64,000 nucleotides of DNA. It comes from Octopus vulgaris. Lineage: Eukaryota. Location: positions 34,782,001 through 34,846,000 of the forward strand of contig OX597830.1 of assembly GCA_951406725.2 (NCBI GenBank), written 5' to 3'. The notes beneath the pieces are model-generated. The model was not told the DNA's origin, searched no databases, and saw only the letters and a list, made by a program, of their open reading frames with translations. The translations under genes and the position numbers were made by a program. Below, one piece after another: positions 41,246 to 53,964 of the stretch. Each line of letters begins with the position of its first letter. The first letter of the stretch is position 1.

Positions 41246-42150
41246 TCGAAAATACCTTAGAAATGAGAACCCAGGTTCGAAATTTCCCCAAGACACCTGA
41301 AGATGACTGGAGGGTATATCAGCCGAAACATTGTGTTAATAACAAACAAGATGAGGACAAATATCCGTCAAATGTAAATGATGTAAATAATGTACATAAT
41401 TCCTCAGCTCTTAAATATAGAACAGTATTATCTAATCGGTATAGAGCTGGCATTAGACTTCAATGGAGACATATAGAGAAACTCCATCAAAAATTAGCTC
41501 GTCTTTCAAACCATCTGACTATCCTGTGTAGATGTAGAGACTCAAAGCTAATACTACCTGACTTGAATATAATGACAAAAGTCGATTCACATAAAGCTAA
41601 AAGAGTAGCAGAAAGAGCAGGACATGTCCACGTCCGTGAGAGGATCCATCACAACCGTTGGAAAAACATCAACTAAATAACGGAATCAAAGAGAGGTTAT
41701 CTTCATTACTTAGGAAAATAACCAGAGATGATGATGACAGAAAGAGAATCCAACAAGATCTGGAAAAGACGTACATGAAATGATTTGAAATGGTGAAGAC
41801 ACACCAGATAAAAAAATTTATGATACTCAAAGGTCAGAGAATGAAGACTGAAATCCGTTACCCAACTGTAAAAGCAGTAATTAATGTAAGTAGGCGACAC
41901 CTAGACAGTTCTGAACAAGCAGTACTGAACAAAGGTCTCAACTTTGAGACAGCCACCAAGCGTATTCCATGCTTGAACATAATAGCCCCTATTGAAGAGA
42001 TAGCCATAAAGATACCAAAAGCTCAGGGAGATGAACTAAGGTGAAAAGTGAGACAGGTACTAGAAAAAGCAAAACTTCCTAAACCAAACAACACTAAGGA
42101 AGAAACGATCGCTATCAAAAGACAACAGAGTGACAATTCCATCATAATAT
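41243..42150 (+). mobile_element. Penelope-like element, 5' part: terminal repeat and N-terminal ORF region (decayed), inverted relative to 39810-41172
   Basis: 41248-41418 is an inverted homolog of 39810-39955. Peptides EKLHQKLARLSNHLTILCRCRDSKLI and VINVSRRHLDSSEQAVLNKGLNF..IP..IIAPIE..PKPNNTKEE are typical of PLE N-termini. Confidence 0.88.
41293..41336 (+). ncRNA. Penelope-type minimal hammerhead motif (degenerate); sister copy at 39881-39922 (-)
   Basis: ACAC-CTGAAGA-TGACTG(gagggtatat)CAGCC-GAAA-CATT-GTGT; sister ACAC-TTGAAGA-AGGCTG..CAGCC-GAAA-CGTT. Confidence 0.7.
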
Positions 42151-42271
42151 ATAAGTGTGTGTGTGTATATAGTTAAACCAAACATGAACAAAGAGGAAAA
42201 AACAACAACGCAAGGACGTGGAATAAGTACAGTGTTATTGTACGCTCTGGAAAGGAAAGAAAAGAAAGAGG

Positions 42272-42306
42272 ATTTCACGTTTCGAGCGGAGTACTTCGTC
42301 AGAAAT
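42272..42306 (-). ncRNA. Degenerate minimal hammerhead motif in a PLE-type terminal-repeat fragment (42170-42372)
   Basis: ATTT-CTGACGA-AGTACTCCGCTC-GAAA-CGTG-AAAT; stem II and cleavage triplet are imperfect. Confidence 0.5.
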
Positions 42307-42406
42307 ATAGAAAAAGTCCGAAGAAGGGAAGACAGAGAAAGAAAATCGCCAACGATATAAACGTGGTCACATATTGAAATATATATACTTATGTGTTATA
42401 TGTATG

Positions 42407-42461
<55 letters not shown>

Positions 42462-42462
<1 letters not shown>

Positions 42463-42642
42463 TATGCGTGTCTGTATTTGTCCTCCCATCATCGCTTGAC
42501 AACCTATGCTGGTGTGTTTACGTCCCCATAACTTAGTAATTCGGCAAAAGTAACCGATAGAATAAGTATTAGGGTTACATGGTATAAGTCCTGGGGTCCA
42601 TTCCATCGTCTAAAAGCAGTGCTCCAGCATGGCCACAGTGAA
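42462..42642 (+). mobile_element. Family-B SINE 3' half
   Basis: ATCGCTTGACAACC..GTGCTCCAGCATGGCCACAG. Confidence 0.8.
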
Positions 42643-42820
42643 AAAGTTCGTTTTCTGTGTTTTTGTTTTTTATGTTCTCGTTTCTCAATTTGTTGACGTT
42701 CTTTTGATGTCCGTACACATATGTGCATGTATATATATACATATATATGTAGGTATATACATATATGTATGCATATATGCATATATATGTAGGTATATAC
42801 AAATATATATGCATATATAC

Positions 42821-42952
<132 letters not shown>

Positions 42953-43042
42953 GATTAAAGGAATGTTGCAAGGTAAGTAAGAAATTAAATAATAACTTGA
43001 TACAAAAATATAGTTTGCAGAGTATATATTCTTTAGACTTTT

Positions 43043-43435
43043 ATTCTTTTACTCTTTTGCTTGTTTCAGTCATCTGACTGTGGCCATGCTGGAGCACCGC
43101 CTTTAGTCGAGCAAATATCGACCCTAGGACTTATTCTTTGAAAGCCTAGTACTTATTCTATCGGAATGGGGGCGTAACCACACCAGCATCGGTTGTCAAG
43201 CGGTGTTGGGAGGGAAAACACAGACTCACAAACATACACAAAACTACACACACATACATATACATATATACGACGGGCTTCTTTCAGTTTCCCTCTACCA
43301 AATCCACTCACAAGGCTTTAGTCGGACCGAGGCTATAGTGGAAGACACTTGCCCAAGGTGATACGCAGTGGGATTGAACCCGAAACTATGTGGTTGGTAA
43401 GCAAGCTACTTACCATACTGCCACTCCTACGCCTA
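43043..43435 (-). mobile_element. Family-B SINE
   Basis: Near full length on the minus strand. Confidence 0.88.
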
Positions 43436-44358
43436 TATAGATTATTTCCATTCACAATACTGCTCGTGAAAATTCTAATGATCCTCGAATATCATGCCAA
43501 ATTATTAAATTGCCACAAGGAATTAAAATATTGATGCCTTTACATGTGAAGGTACCGCCTCAAAGAACCTTAGGGACATACGAATGAGAGTAATGTGATT
43601 CTAATAAATCACAAACATGCACTCACACGCACACACACGCGCATACACACACAGATACACACACACACAGACACACATACATATATATTCACTCCCAGTT
43701 TATATTTATGTTTAGATTGTCGTATTTATTTCATTCAATTTGATTCCATTTTGATATGTATTTTCATTTATTATTTACTCTTTAAAAATCGTCCTTCATT
43801 TAATAGCTTTTGCTATCCTTGAAAATAGTATTCTAGATCTAATTAAGTTAATATTAGAATTAGAGCAACCTCATTTGATTAATAAACTAATTAGTACGTG
43901 TGGACAAACCATATAGAAGTTGTCGTTAGGAGGAAAATATCCCTGCTGAATACGCATTCCTTTTCTTATGTATTTTCTAGTTTTTATTTTTGCAATTACT
44001 TCCTTTAAGCTATTAGCTCTTCAGGAATGAAAAAAAAAATGATAAATTAGATTACATTGACCTCACATAAAATTGAAATTGAACGTTTATGGTTATAATT
44101 GATAAATATAAATGCATATATACAAGTCGGAATAAATCGATGCATTTTTTCTGCACATACATGCATTCGCACGCATTCACGTAAATAGAAGTGTGCATGC
44201 AGAAATTAAACAGTTCTGGCCGGAAACACACTCAGAGCACGTTGACAAAAAAAAAAAACAATTGAATACACGCCTGTTCAGGAGAAATACAGGGAGAGGT
44301 GAAGGGAAAGGTTCAATTCATAATTCAAGCACATTAGAAAATATATTGTTGCCATCAA

Positions 44359-44975
44359 GGCGGCGAGCTGGCAGAAACGTTAGCACGCCGGGCGAAACGC
44401 TTAGCGGTATTTCGTCTGCCGTTACGTTCTGAGTTCAAATTCCGCCGAGGTCGACTTTGCCTTTCATTCTTTCGGAGTCGATAAATTAAGTGCCAGCTAC
44501 GCACTGGGGTCAATGTAATCGACTTAATCCGTTTGTCTGTCCTTGTTTGTCCTCTCTGTATTTACCCCCTTGTGCGTAGTAAAGAAATAGGTATTTCGTC
44601 TATCTTTATGTTCTGATTTCAAATTCCGCCGACGTTGACTTTGCCTTTCCTCCTTTCGGGGTCGATAAATTAAGTACCAGTTACGCACAGAGGTCGATGT
44701 AGACGACTTAATCCCTTTGTCTATCCTTGTATCTCCCCTCTGTGTTTAGCCCCTTGCGGGCTATAAAGAAATAAAAAGCGTTAACACGCCGGGCGAAACG
44801 CTTAGCGATACTTCGTCTATTTTTATATTCTGGGTTCAAATACCGCCGAGGTCGGCCACGCCTCTCATCATTTCGGGGTCGATAAATTAAGTACCAGTTA
44901 CGTACTGCGGTCTGTCTAATCGACTGCACCCCTGCCCCAAAATGTCGGGCCTTGTGCCTAGTGTAGAAAGGAATA
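44359..44975 (+). mobile_element. Family-A SINE trimer
   Basis: Units joined at AAAGAAATAGGTATTTCGTC (44581) and AAAGAAATAAAAAGCGTTAACACGCC (~44765); last unit has the type-2 tail. Confidence 0.9.
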
Positions 44976-45248
44976 TAATGTTGCTTTTATGTTGAACTGT
45001 CGTATGTCCATATTTGGCCAAGTGCGTTTCTTTCAATATTTATTTTTGCTTGTAATAGCCGCTTCTTTTGGTGGAACTGTTGTATCTTCAGCTGCTCCAT
45101 ATACCAAGATATTAAAAATTGTCAAAGTGTAGTACAACGGTCTTGCTATGTGTATATATAGCAATATATGTGTATATATATATATATATATTCACATACA
45201 TGTTAATACACATATGTATACACACATATCTATGTATGTAAGTATGTG

Positions 45249-45305
<57 letters not shown>

Positions 45306-45443
45306 GAATATACACATATATACACATAATTTTAAAATAGGATGAAATCTTTATAAGAATTTTTTAAAGAATTTGTCAAGCAGTCAGCGTGAAAAACCTC
45401 ATAAGGGACAAATTTATATTTATTCTCCGTAGATATATTTATT

Positions 45444-45756
45444 TATATTAAGAGCATTACTACACGTAAATGTCTCAGGCTATGAGGTACTCTTAAAGTC
45501 AAAACTACCATAATAAATACAGTGTACCGCACGCGAGGGAATGCTAATCTTGAAGCGAATTCTTTAAAACTGATTAGAAAGTTTATTTTGTACACTAACT
45601 ATGAAATCATATGATTTCTGGCTGAATCTGTTTTTAAGAGTTCACTTCAAGAGTTGCATTGCCCTCGCATTCGGTACACCGTATTTATTATGGTAGTTTT
45701 GACTTTAAGGGTACCTTATAGCCTGAGACGTTTACGAGTAGTAATGCCCTTAATAT
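45444..45756. repeat. Long imperfect inverted repeat (~130-bp arms, ~45-bp spacer)
   Basis: 45444-45575 pairs with 45622-45756; TTAA at 45448-51 and 45750-53. Confidence 0.92.
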
Positions 45757-45761
45757 ATATG

Positions 45762-45848
<87 letters not shown>

Positions 45849-46014
45849 AAAGTCGAAGTGCGATAAAATAAAATTAATTATTATCGCTGGTATTTCTAGC
45901 ACAAGCCATATATTATTCATATATAAGTACATTAAAAGGCAAAGTATGTACTAGAAACACAGAAGCTTGATAAATTTAGTGAAATGAAACTAAAAACGTT
46001 TACTAACTCGGTTC

Positions 46015-46088
46015 CTCTTAGACTGCAGTTTCGTTCTTTTCAGTAATAAAAATAATTTAATTACTCAGGGAGAATTCATCGGTAAGAG
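46015..46088 (-). ncRNA. Type-I hammerhead motif with long stem II and palindromic CTGCAG stem III
   Basis: CTCTTA-CCGATGA-[long AT-rich hairpin]-GAAA-CTGCAG-TC^-TAAGAG; core has U4->C; insert 45845-46108 lies between (TA)n arrays. Confidence 0.7.
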
Positions 46089-46107
46089 CCCTGTTATTGT
46101 GACATCG

Positions 46108-46165
<58 letters not shown>

Positions 46166-46599
46166 GTAACATCAGTACTATTCTTGTGTCCTTATGATTT
46201 CAAAACTTGTTACTAAATGAGTTATCAAACTTTTCAGGTGTGTATCTCATGTATCTTATTAATTTCAGATTAACATATTCCTGACTCAGTTAAATTAAGA
46301 ATGAATTCACAGAATTGTGCCTCCAAGGCTTAATGAGATGCTGTGTTATTGGTTGCCATAATGTACTAGATTTTTTATTGTATCAGGAACGGAAGACAAA
46401 AGAAATTGGGTATAAACTGTAACCTGAGCGTATCAATATATAAAGAATATACTATTTTCCTCACATCTCACATTGGTGTGTCCTGGTTCATAAATATATT
46501 CTTATCTGTGTGTGTGTGTGTGTGTGTGTGTGCGTATGAGAGAGAGAAATAGAGATGAAGCGGAGGAGTGAGTATTTTCATGAACCTTAGGATGCATAA

Positions 46600-46889
46600 G
46601 GTCGGTTAGCCATTTTCCCTAGCGTATACATTTTGGATGCAGTCAAACGTTTAGCTGAAACGTACGAATGTTATAATGGCAGGATTTGCCTTGATTCATC
46701 TTCTCTGATACACCTCATGCCTATGATCTGTGATGCTATGGATCAACCTGGTCTAAATCCATTTTGATTTAGTCTCAGGTTGCTGTCAAGCACCGGTTGA
46801 ATCCTATTAAGGATGAATCTGTTGATGACTTTGAGTGAGATATTGGACAGTGCAATTCCTCTGTAGTTTGATTCATTGCTGAGGTTTCC
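46600..46889 (-). mobile_element. RTE-clade LINE RT N-terminal fragment (inverted 5' segment)
   Basis: My translation GNLSNESNYRGIALSNISLKVINRFILNRIQPVLDSNLRLNQNGFRPG*SIASQIIGMRCIRE // ITFVRFS*TFDCI. Confidence 0.88.
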
Positions 46890-47187
46890 ATGGAGACACA
46901 CCGAAAGTTAGCGAGAAGATGAAGCAAAGACGGCTGCAACTATCTGTTCACTGCGTGCACCAACTTCATATGTGAGTATCCAAATTAGTCTTGTGGAACC
47001 CACTTTATGGTGATGTAAGAAGACGAAAATGTCACCACAGTTACAGCGACAATTTGATGGCAGACACTGGCCTAGAATGCATCCAGAACATCAAAGCAAT
47101 GATGATTGATCGAGAAGTGTGGCGGGTGGACTTAGTTGCTGCGGCCCGGGTTGGAAGCCAGCAATGATAATGATAATAATAATACTG

Positions 47188-47279
<92 letters not shown>
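46889..47279 (+). mobile_element. RTE-clade LINE 3' end with (AAT)n tail
   Basis: HGDTPKVSEKMKQRRLQLSVHCVH..VSKLVLWNPLYG..RRR..SYSDNLMADTGL..MIDREVWR. Confidence 0.85.
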
Positions 47280-47379
47280 CAAAGCAAAAGTCAAACATAT
47301 GATAATAATAATAATAATGAATGGTGTATACGTGACAGAGATCATAACATATCTTTAAACGGGACACCGGTCCGTTTCA

Positions 47380-47579
47380 GCTTGAGGCATTCAGGGCCCA
47401 TAAATTTGTAAGAAACAAATTGATGACAACGACTCCAGTACTTGATTGGTATTTCATTCGACCTAACCAGAAAGGATGAATGGCAAAGTTGACCTCGGCC
47501 GCATTTTAACTTAGAACTCAAAGAGTCGAAAGAAACGACGCTAAGGATTTTCCGCTTTTTTAGCGATTCTTCCTGCCGC

Positions 47580-47664
<85 letters not shown>

Positions 47665-47677
47665 GCGCGTGTGTGTG

Positions 47678-47710
<33 letters not shown>

Positions 47711-48400
47711 ACATATAAATATATCCTTGCTACTACAGGAAAAAGGCCTGAAATTTTAGGGGCGGGATCTAGTAAATTGCATCCACCCTAGTGCTGAAAT
47801 GGTACTGACTTCATCGACCCTGAAAGGATGAAGGGCAAAGTCGACCTCGACGGAATTTGAACGCAAAGTAAAGACAGACAAAATGCTGCAAAGAGTTTTG
47901 ATTGGTTTGCTAATGATTCTGCTTGCTCGCTGGCTTACATACGTATAAGTAAAAACAGGCACAAACACATCTTACAGGCTTTCTTCACAGTTTCAGACCA
48001 ATTTGTTATTTCCAAAGTCTTTGATTGACAGACGCTGTACTTAGACTACATATAATGTTTTCAGTAAATTAGATCAAACCTCTTTCTTTCAGTTTCAATG
48101 AATATTGGAAAACAGTGAAGAACGGGTTGTAAAAAGTGAATCTCGTTCGTTCGTCTTAGAATTAACTCTAAATGTACAAAGGCATCAAGGCTGTGAAGTC
48201 GCAGAATCGTTACCGCACCGGGCAAAATGCTTAGCGGTATTTCACCTGTTTTTATGTTCTGAGTTCAAATTCCGGAGAGGTGGTCTTTACCTTTTACACT
48301 TCCGAGGTCGATAAAATAAGTACCAGGTGAGCAGTAGGGTCGGTGTAACCGACTCAGCTCTTCCCCAGATATTTATGCCTTTCTGCCAAAATTTGAAACT
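47380..48400. mobile_element. Three degenerate family-A SINEs: 47380-47580 (-), 47725-47935 (-), 48188-48400 (+)
   Basis: Core GGATGAAAGGCAAAGTCGACCTCG or its complement in each. Confidence 0.8.
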
Positions 48401-48413
48401 AATGTGTGGATTC

Positions 48414-48770
48414 TGGTGTGGCTGTGTGGTAATAAGCTTGCTTCGCAAAAACATCGTTCAAGGTTCAGTCCCATTGCGTGGCAACTTGGACAAGTGTTTT
48501 CTATAATAGTCTTGGGCCAACCAAAGCCTTGTGAGTAGAAGCCCGTGTCTGTGTATGTCTGTGTCTAACCTCCACTTATGTCTGACAGCCGGATTAGGTT
48601 CATTGCATCCTTTTAAAGTAGCGATTAGGCAAACAGAGACCGATAGAATAAATACTAAGGTTTAACAAAAAATAAAAGTTCTGGGGTCGATTCATTCAAC
48701 CAAAAGGTTATTCAAGGCGCTGCCCCAGCATGGCCGCAATCAAATGACTGAAAACGATAGAAGATAAAAA
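48414..48770 (+). mobile_element. Family-B SINE (older copy, short internal microsatellite)
   Basis: Head, core and tail recognisable. Confidence 0.82.
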
Positions 48771-49730
48771 AAATGCCAAGGTCACAACTTTCAAACTATC
48801 ATCATCATCATCATCATCATCATACGTATTCGAAGTTTCGACTCACATTAACGTCTTTGTTTCGTTAGACACAGAGGCAGAGAGAGGGAGAGAGCGAGAG
48901 AGAGAGAGAAAGAAAGAAAGAACGAGAAGGAGAGAGAGAGAGCGGAAAAGAGGAAGAGTGGGGAGGGAACGAGAAAATATACATTTATCCACACTTTGTT
49001 AGGAATGATTAGATACAACGAAGTAAGAATAGAATGAAAGTACAAATTTTCACTCTTAATGAACTGGTAAATAAATATATAACATAGGAGAATGCTAAAA
49101 GTGTATCAAATAACATTCAATTAAATTCCCGTAAGGAAAGAATAGTTAATTATGTAAATCAGGGGGTAGGGGGAAAGTGCACAAAATGTTTAGGAGATTT
49201 GCAAATTAAAAGCGCTTCTATTAACGAAGCAAACAGATTGTCTCCAGTCTACTGACTTTTGCTAGACTATATAGATAAAAGCAAAACGAAACCAATCACG
49301 CGTTCGAGGTAAAGTAAACATAAAATGACTTGAATGGCTTGTGATGTGCAGAACAAATGAGACCAAACATACAACTCAGTAGAAAAGTAGAAACGTATAA
49401 CAAACATCCCGAAAGATACCCCAGCCATAGAAATTAACTTAATAAACCGAAATGGCCTTGCCTGAAAGTTTCTTATTAGCTGGACTTATTTAATTTCTTT
49501 ATTTATTTAATTTTCTTTCTCTGTTTTCTTTTCTGTTTTGTTTTGTTTTGTTTTGTTTTGCTTGTTTGTTTCTTTCTTTGTTGTGGTTGTTGTTTTTTTT
49601 TTTGTTTTTCGATTTGCGTGAAACTAAAATCCAACTCTTCCCGTATTTCAAATCCCATTGTAAATTAGCTGTGTGGATGATACGCTGCTTCGACAGCTAA
49701 CTCTAAAACACTACTACTACTACTACTACA

Positions 49731-49779
<49 letters not shown>

Positions 49780-49807
49780 TTGCTACTGCTGCTGCTGCTA
49801 CTACTAC

Positions 49808-49845
<38 letters not shown>

Positions 49846-50523
49846 AATAAAGAAAAAAACATCGGTACTAATTGCAATTGTACTATATTATTTTACAATA
49901 TATATATATACACACATACATATACACACACACACACACACATATATATATATGATGCGACTCTATGCTGTTTTCTCCCCCATCCGTTTCTCTAATTTCC
50001 TTTTCTCTCCTTCACCGTCTCTCTCCTCCTCCCTTCCTCTGTCTCTTTTTCTCTCTCTCGTTGCTCACAAGTGACCATCGTCCATCTTTCTTTTCCTTCA
50101 GGATTGTCCTAAGGACTGGAAGTATTCTATTTCTCTCTTCTATCTTTTCTCATTTCAAAGAAAACTTTTCTCCAGCGTTCGCTATTTTACCCTCGTTCTG
50201 GTCTAACGACCCTACTTGTTTGTTTTCGTTCGGTTTCTTTGTATGTCTCCACTGTCCTGTTTTTGTCCCCAACTTTGACCCGCCATAAATCCCAAATTTT
50301 CTTTTGGTACTTATGAGAGCGACTGTCTTCGAAGTCTCATATTGTCGTTCAATGCACGAAATGAGGAGTAGATAGACAGCCGACAACTGATGAAGTGTCG
50401 TTTATTGTGATATTTATCCTGCTTTCCAATTGTTTCTCTCGTTGTTTGCGTATTGAACTCATCTATTTTCGCATTTCATGTTGTTTACTGTTGGTAACAT
50501 CATGTACCCATATATACACATGT

Positions 50524-50563
<40 letters not shown>

Positions 50564-50837
50564 AAACACGCACACACACACATATATATATATATAGGAA
50601 AAATTGAAAAAGGAGACAAGAATGTTATTAAAACAGTTGTATTTTCATATCTTCTACATATGTATCGATGGATGCATTCAAAATACATCCGATACAAAGA
50701 AGTATGGTCAGCTATGCATCAATCTCACCAAGAAAGATATAAACAGCAACACTCATCAAATAGACATTTTTACAGAAGCAGAAGAAGCAGCAGACATTAA
50801 TTACAGTCATATTCATGAGGGTCACGACTGTCGAACT

Positions 50838-50870
<33 letters not shown>

Positions 50871-50881
50871 TATCATCATCT

Positions 50882-51285
50882 TTATTACTGCCCACAAGGG
50901 GCTAAACATAGAGGGGACAAATAAGGACAGACAAAGGGATTAAGTCGTTTACATCGACCCCAGTGCATAACTGGGGTTTATCGACCCCGAAACGATGAAA
51001 GGCAAAGTCGACCTCAGCGGAATTTGAACTGAGAACGTAACGGCAGACGAAATACCCATTTCTTTACTACCTACAAGGGGCCAAACACAGAGGGGACAAA
51101 CAAGGACAGACAAACGGATTAAGTCGATTACATAGACTCCAGTGCGTAACTAGTACTTAATTTATCGACCCCGAAAGGATGAAAGGCAAAGTCGACCTCG
51201 GCGAAATTTGAACTCAGAACGTAACGGCAGACGAAATACCACTAAGCATTTCGCCTGGCGCTAATATTTCTGCCAGCTCGCCACC
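50882..51285 (-). mobile_element. Family-A SINE dimer within a (CAT)n tract
   Basis: Junction (reverse complement) AAAGAAATGGGTATTTCGTCTGCCG at ~51041-51065. Confidence 0.9.
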
Positions 51286-51446
51286 TTATTCATCGTCATC
51301 ATCATCATCATCATCATCCTCATCATCATCATCATCATCATCATCTTCATCATCATCGGTGCCGTTGGGCATTGTCCTCATCGTCACCAAACCGCAACTA
51401 CAACACAACGATGACGCTTGCTGGGTAAAACCAACAGAATAGCATA

Positions 51447-51490
<44 letters not shown>

Positions 51491-51947
51491 TTGCTGCTGC
51501 TACTGGTGCTGCTACTGGTGCTGCTACTGGTGCTGCTTCTGCTGCTTCTGTTGTTGCTGATACTGCTGGCAATAAAAGCGATTTAGGCCTAACAGGAAAA
51601 TGTACCACATATTTTGGAAGAAGTCTAAACTAATTCAATCTATTTTCAGCGTTTCGATGACTTATTTGAAGTCCCTCTGAGGCATGATCGATAAAACTGA
51701 CTTCAGTGGGTTTTGAACGTATAAAGTAACATGGCTAAGGCATTCGATGACGATAATGAGGATGACAACGAAGAGAAGGATGACAATGACTACGACGACT
51801 GCATAGTTGAGGGCGACGTTGGTGATGATGATAGTGGTGTTTGGCAGTTATGATAGTGTACTGGTAGTGGTAGTGGTGGTGGTGATGGTGGTGGCGGCAG
51901 CGGTGTTTATGACCAAATTGACTGGAATACTTACAGCGACGACAAAT

Positions 51948-51979
<32 letters not shown>

Positions 51980-52040
51980 TGTATATATATATATATACAT
52001 AAATATATATACATACATATATACATACATACATAAATAT

Positions 52041-52142
<102 letters not shown>

Positions 52143-52851
52143 ACATATATATAAACTCAGAACATCAAAACATACTCTAATATAAAAGTATTTCTGTTTA
52201 AACCAATTTAACTTGAATCTGTAGGAACATCAAAGACAACTCCCATTGTTGGGCATTTAAAACCGTGGTTGTTCTTCTATTACACACTTTCCATCTCTCT
52301 TTTTCTCTCCCATTTGCTGTATGTTTCTCCCATCAAGCGATAACGACTAATTATATGATAATGTCACTTTGCTTTTTACTTTCACTATTGACTAACTTCT
52401 TAGTTATTTATTTTAATTATATTTTGGCGTTTTGCTTGTTTTTGTTTTTGTTTTTACTTTCCAACTGCTTTTTTCTGATGGACAATTACAAACGAAGTAC
52501 TTCATCACATTTTCCCTTATTGCTACCATCTCATTTTGCTTCTCCATTTTCCGCCATTTTCTCCTTCCTTTTAATTTTTTCTTTATAATGTCTCTTATCC
52601 ATGGATTAATCTCGTTTTCCTTATTCGACTTTTCAACTGCTTTTTGCAATGTACGATACGAAACGACGTGTTTTTATTACTATCTCCATTGAAGGTCGCG
52701 AGCTAGCAGAATCGTTAGCACGCCGGGTAAAAGGCTTTGCCGCATTTCGTCCATTTTTACGTTCGTTTTCACGGCCGTTTTTACGTCTAGTTCTTTCTCA
52801 ATTGGCAAGAAATATTGAAATAAAACTGAACAAAGATAGACAGACAGGAAG

Positions 52852-52929
<78 letters not shown>

Positions 52930-53557
52930 TTACTTAGTTAGATAGATAGATGATTACTTAGATAGAGAGAGACAGACAGATAGATAGATAGATTGATAGA
53001 CACATAGATATATGGACAGATACATAGATAGGTAGGTAGATAGATAGATAGATAGATAGATAGATATATAGATAGATAGATAAATAGATAGATAGATATA
53101 TAGATAGACAGATATATATATATGTATACACGTGTGTATGCCTGTGCTTCTGTGTCCATACATACATGCACAGACACACTTACATATACATATATAAACA
53201 TATACTCGCGCATATTCATATATAACTCATCTCTCCCGTCCATTCCGAGGGAAGATCACTAGTGATTATCAAAAGAATCGTGCCTACATTAAGCAGTAAA
53301 TTTCAGCTTGCGAATCAATTTCTTTTCCAGTGAAGCTGCGTAGGTACACATGAGGAGGTACATGATAAATTTAAATCGATGTATTATACTCCCTTTTTAA
53401 AACAGGGGAAAATATCCAAATTTACATGTATGTGTGCATTAATGCTAGTGTTCTCAATGGATAAATGACAAAACTTTGCTGATGGACAGATTCAATAGTG
53501 AAATGAGACTAAAAAATTATTATGCACTTAGGATGTTGGTAACATTAATGATAATTG

Positions 53558-53953
53558 TTTTCTACTCTAGGTACAAGGGCCGAAATTTTGGGGGAGAGGG
53601 CCAGTCGATTAGATCGACTCCAGTACACAACTGGTACTTAATTTATCGACCCCGAAAGGATGAAAGGCAAGGTCGACCTCGGCAGAATTTGAACTCAGGA
53701 CACAAAGACAACCGAAATACCTATTTCTTTACTACCCACAAGGGGCTAAACACAGAGGGGACAAACAAGGACAGACAAACGGATTAAGTCGATTATATCG
53801 ACCCCAGTGAGTAACAGGTACTTATTTAATCGACCTCGAAAGGATGAAAGGCAAAGTTGACCTCGGCGGAATTTGAACTCAGACCGTAACGGCAGACGAA
53901 ATACCGCTAAGCATTTTGCCCGGCGTGCTAACGTTTCTGCCAGCTCGCCGCCT
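53558..53953 (-). mobile_element. Family-A SINE dimer (type-1 then type-2)
   Basis: Junction (reverse complement) AAAGAAATAGGTATTTCGG at 53712-53730. Confidence 0.9.
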
Positions 53954-53964
53954 TCAATAATAAT

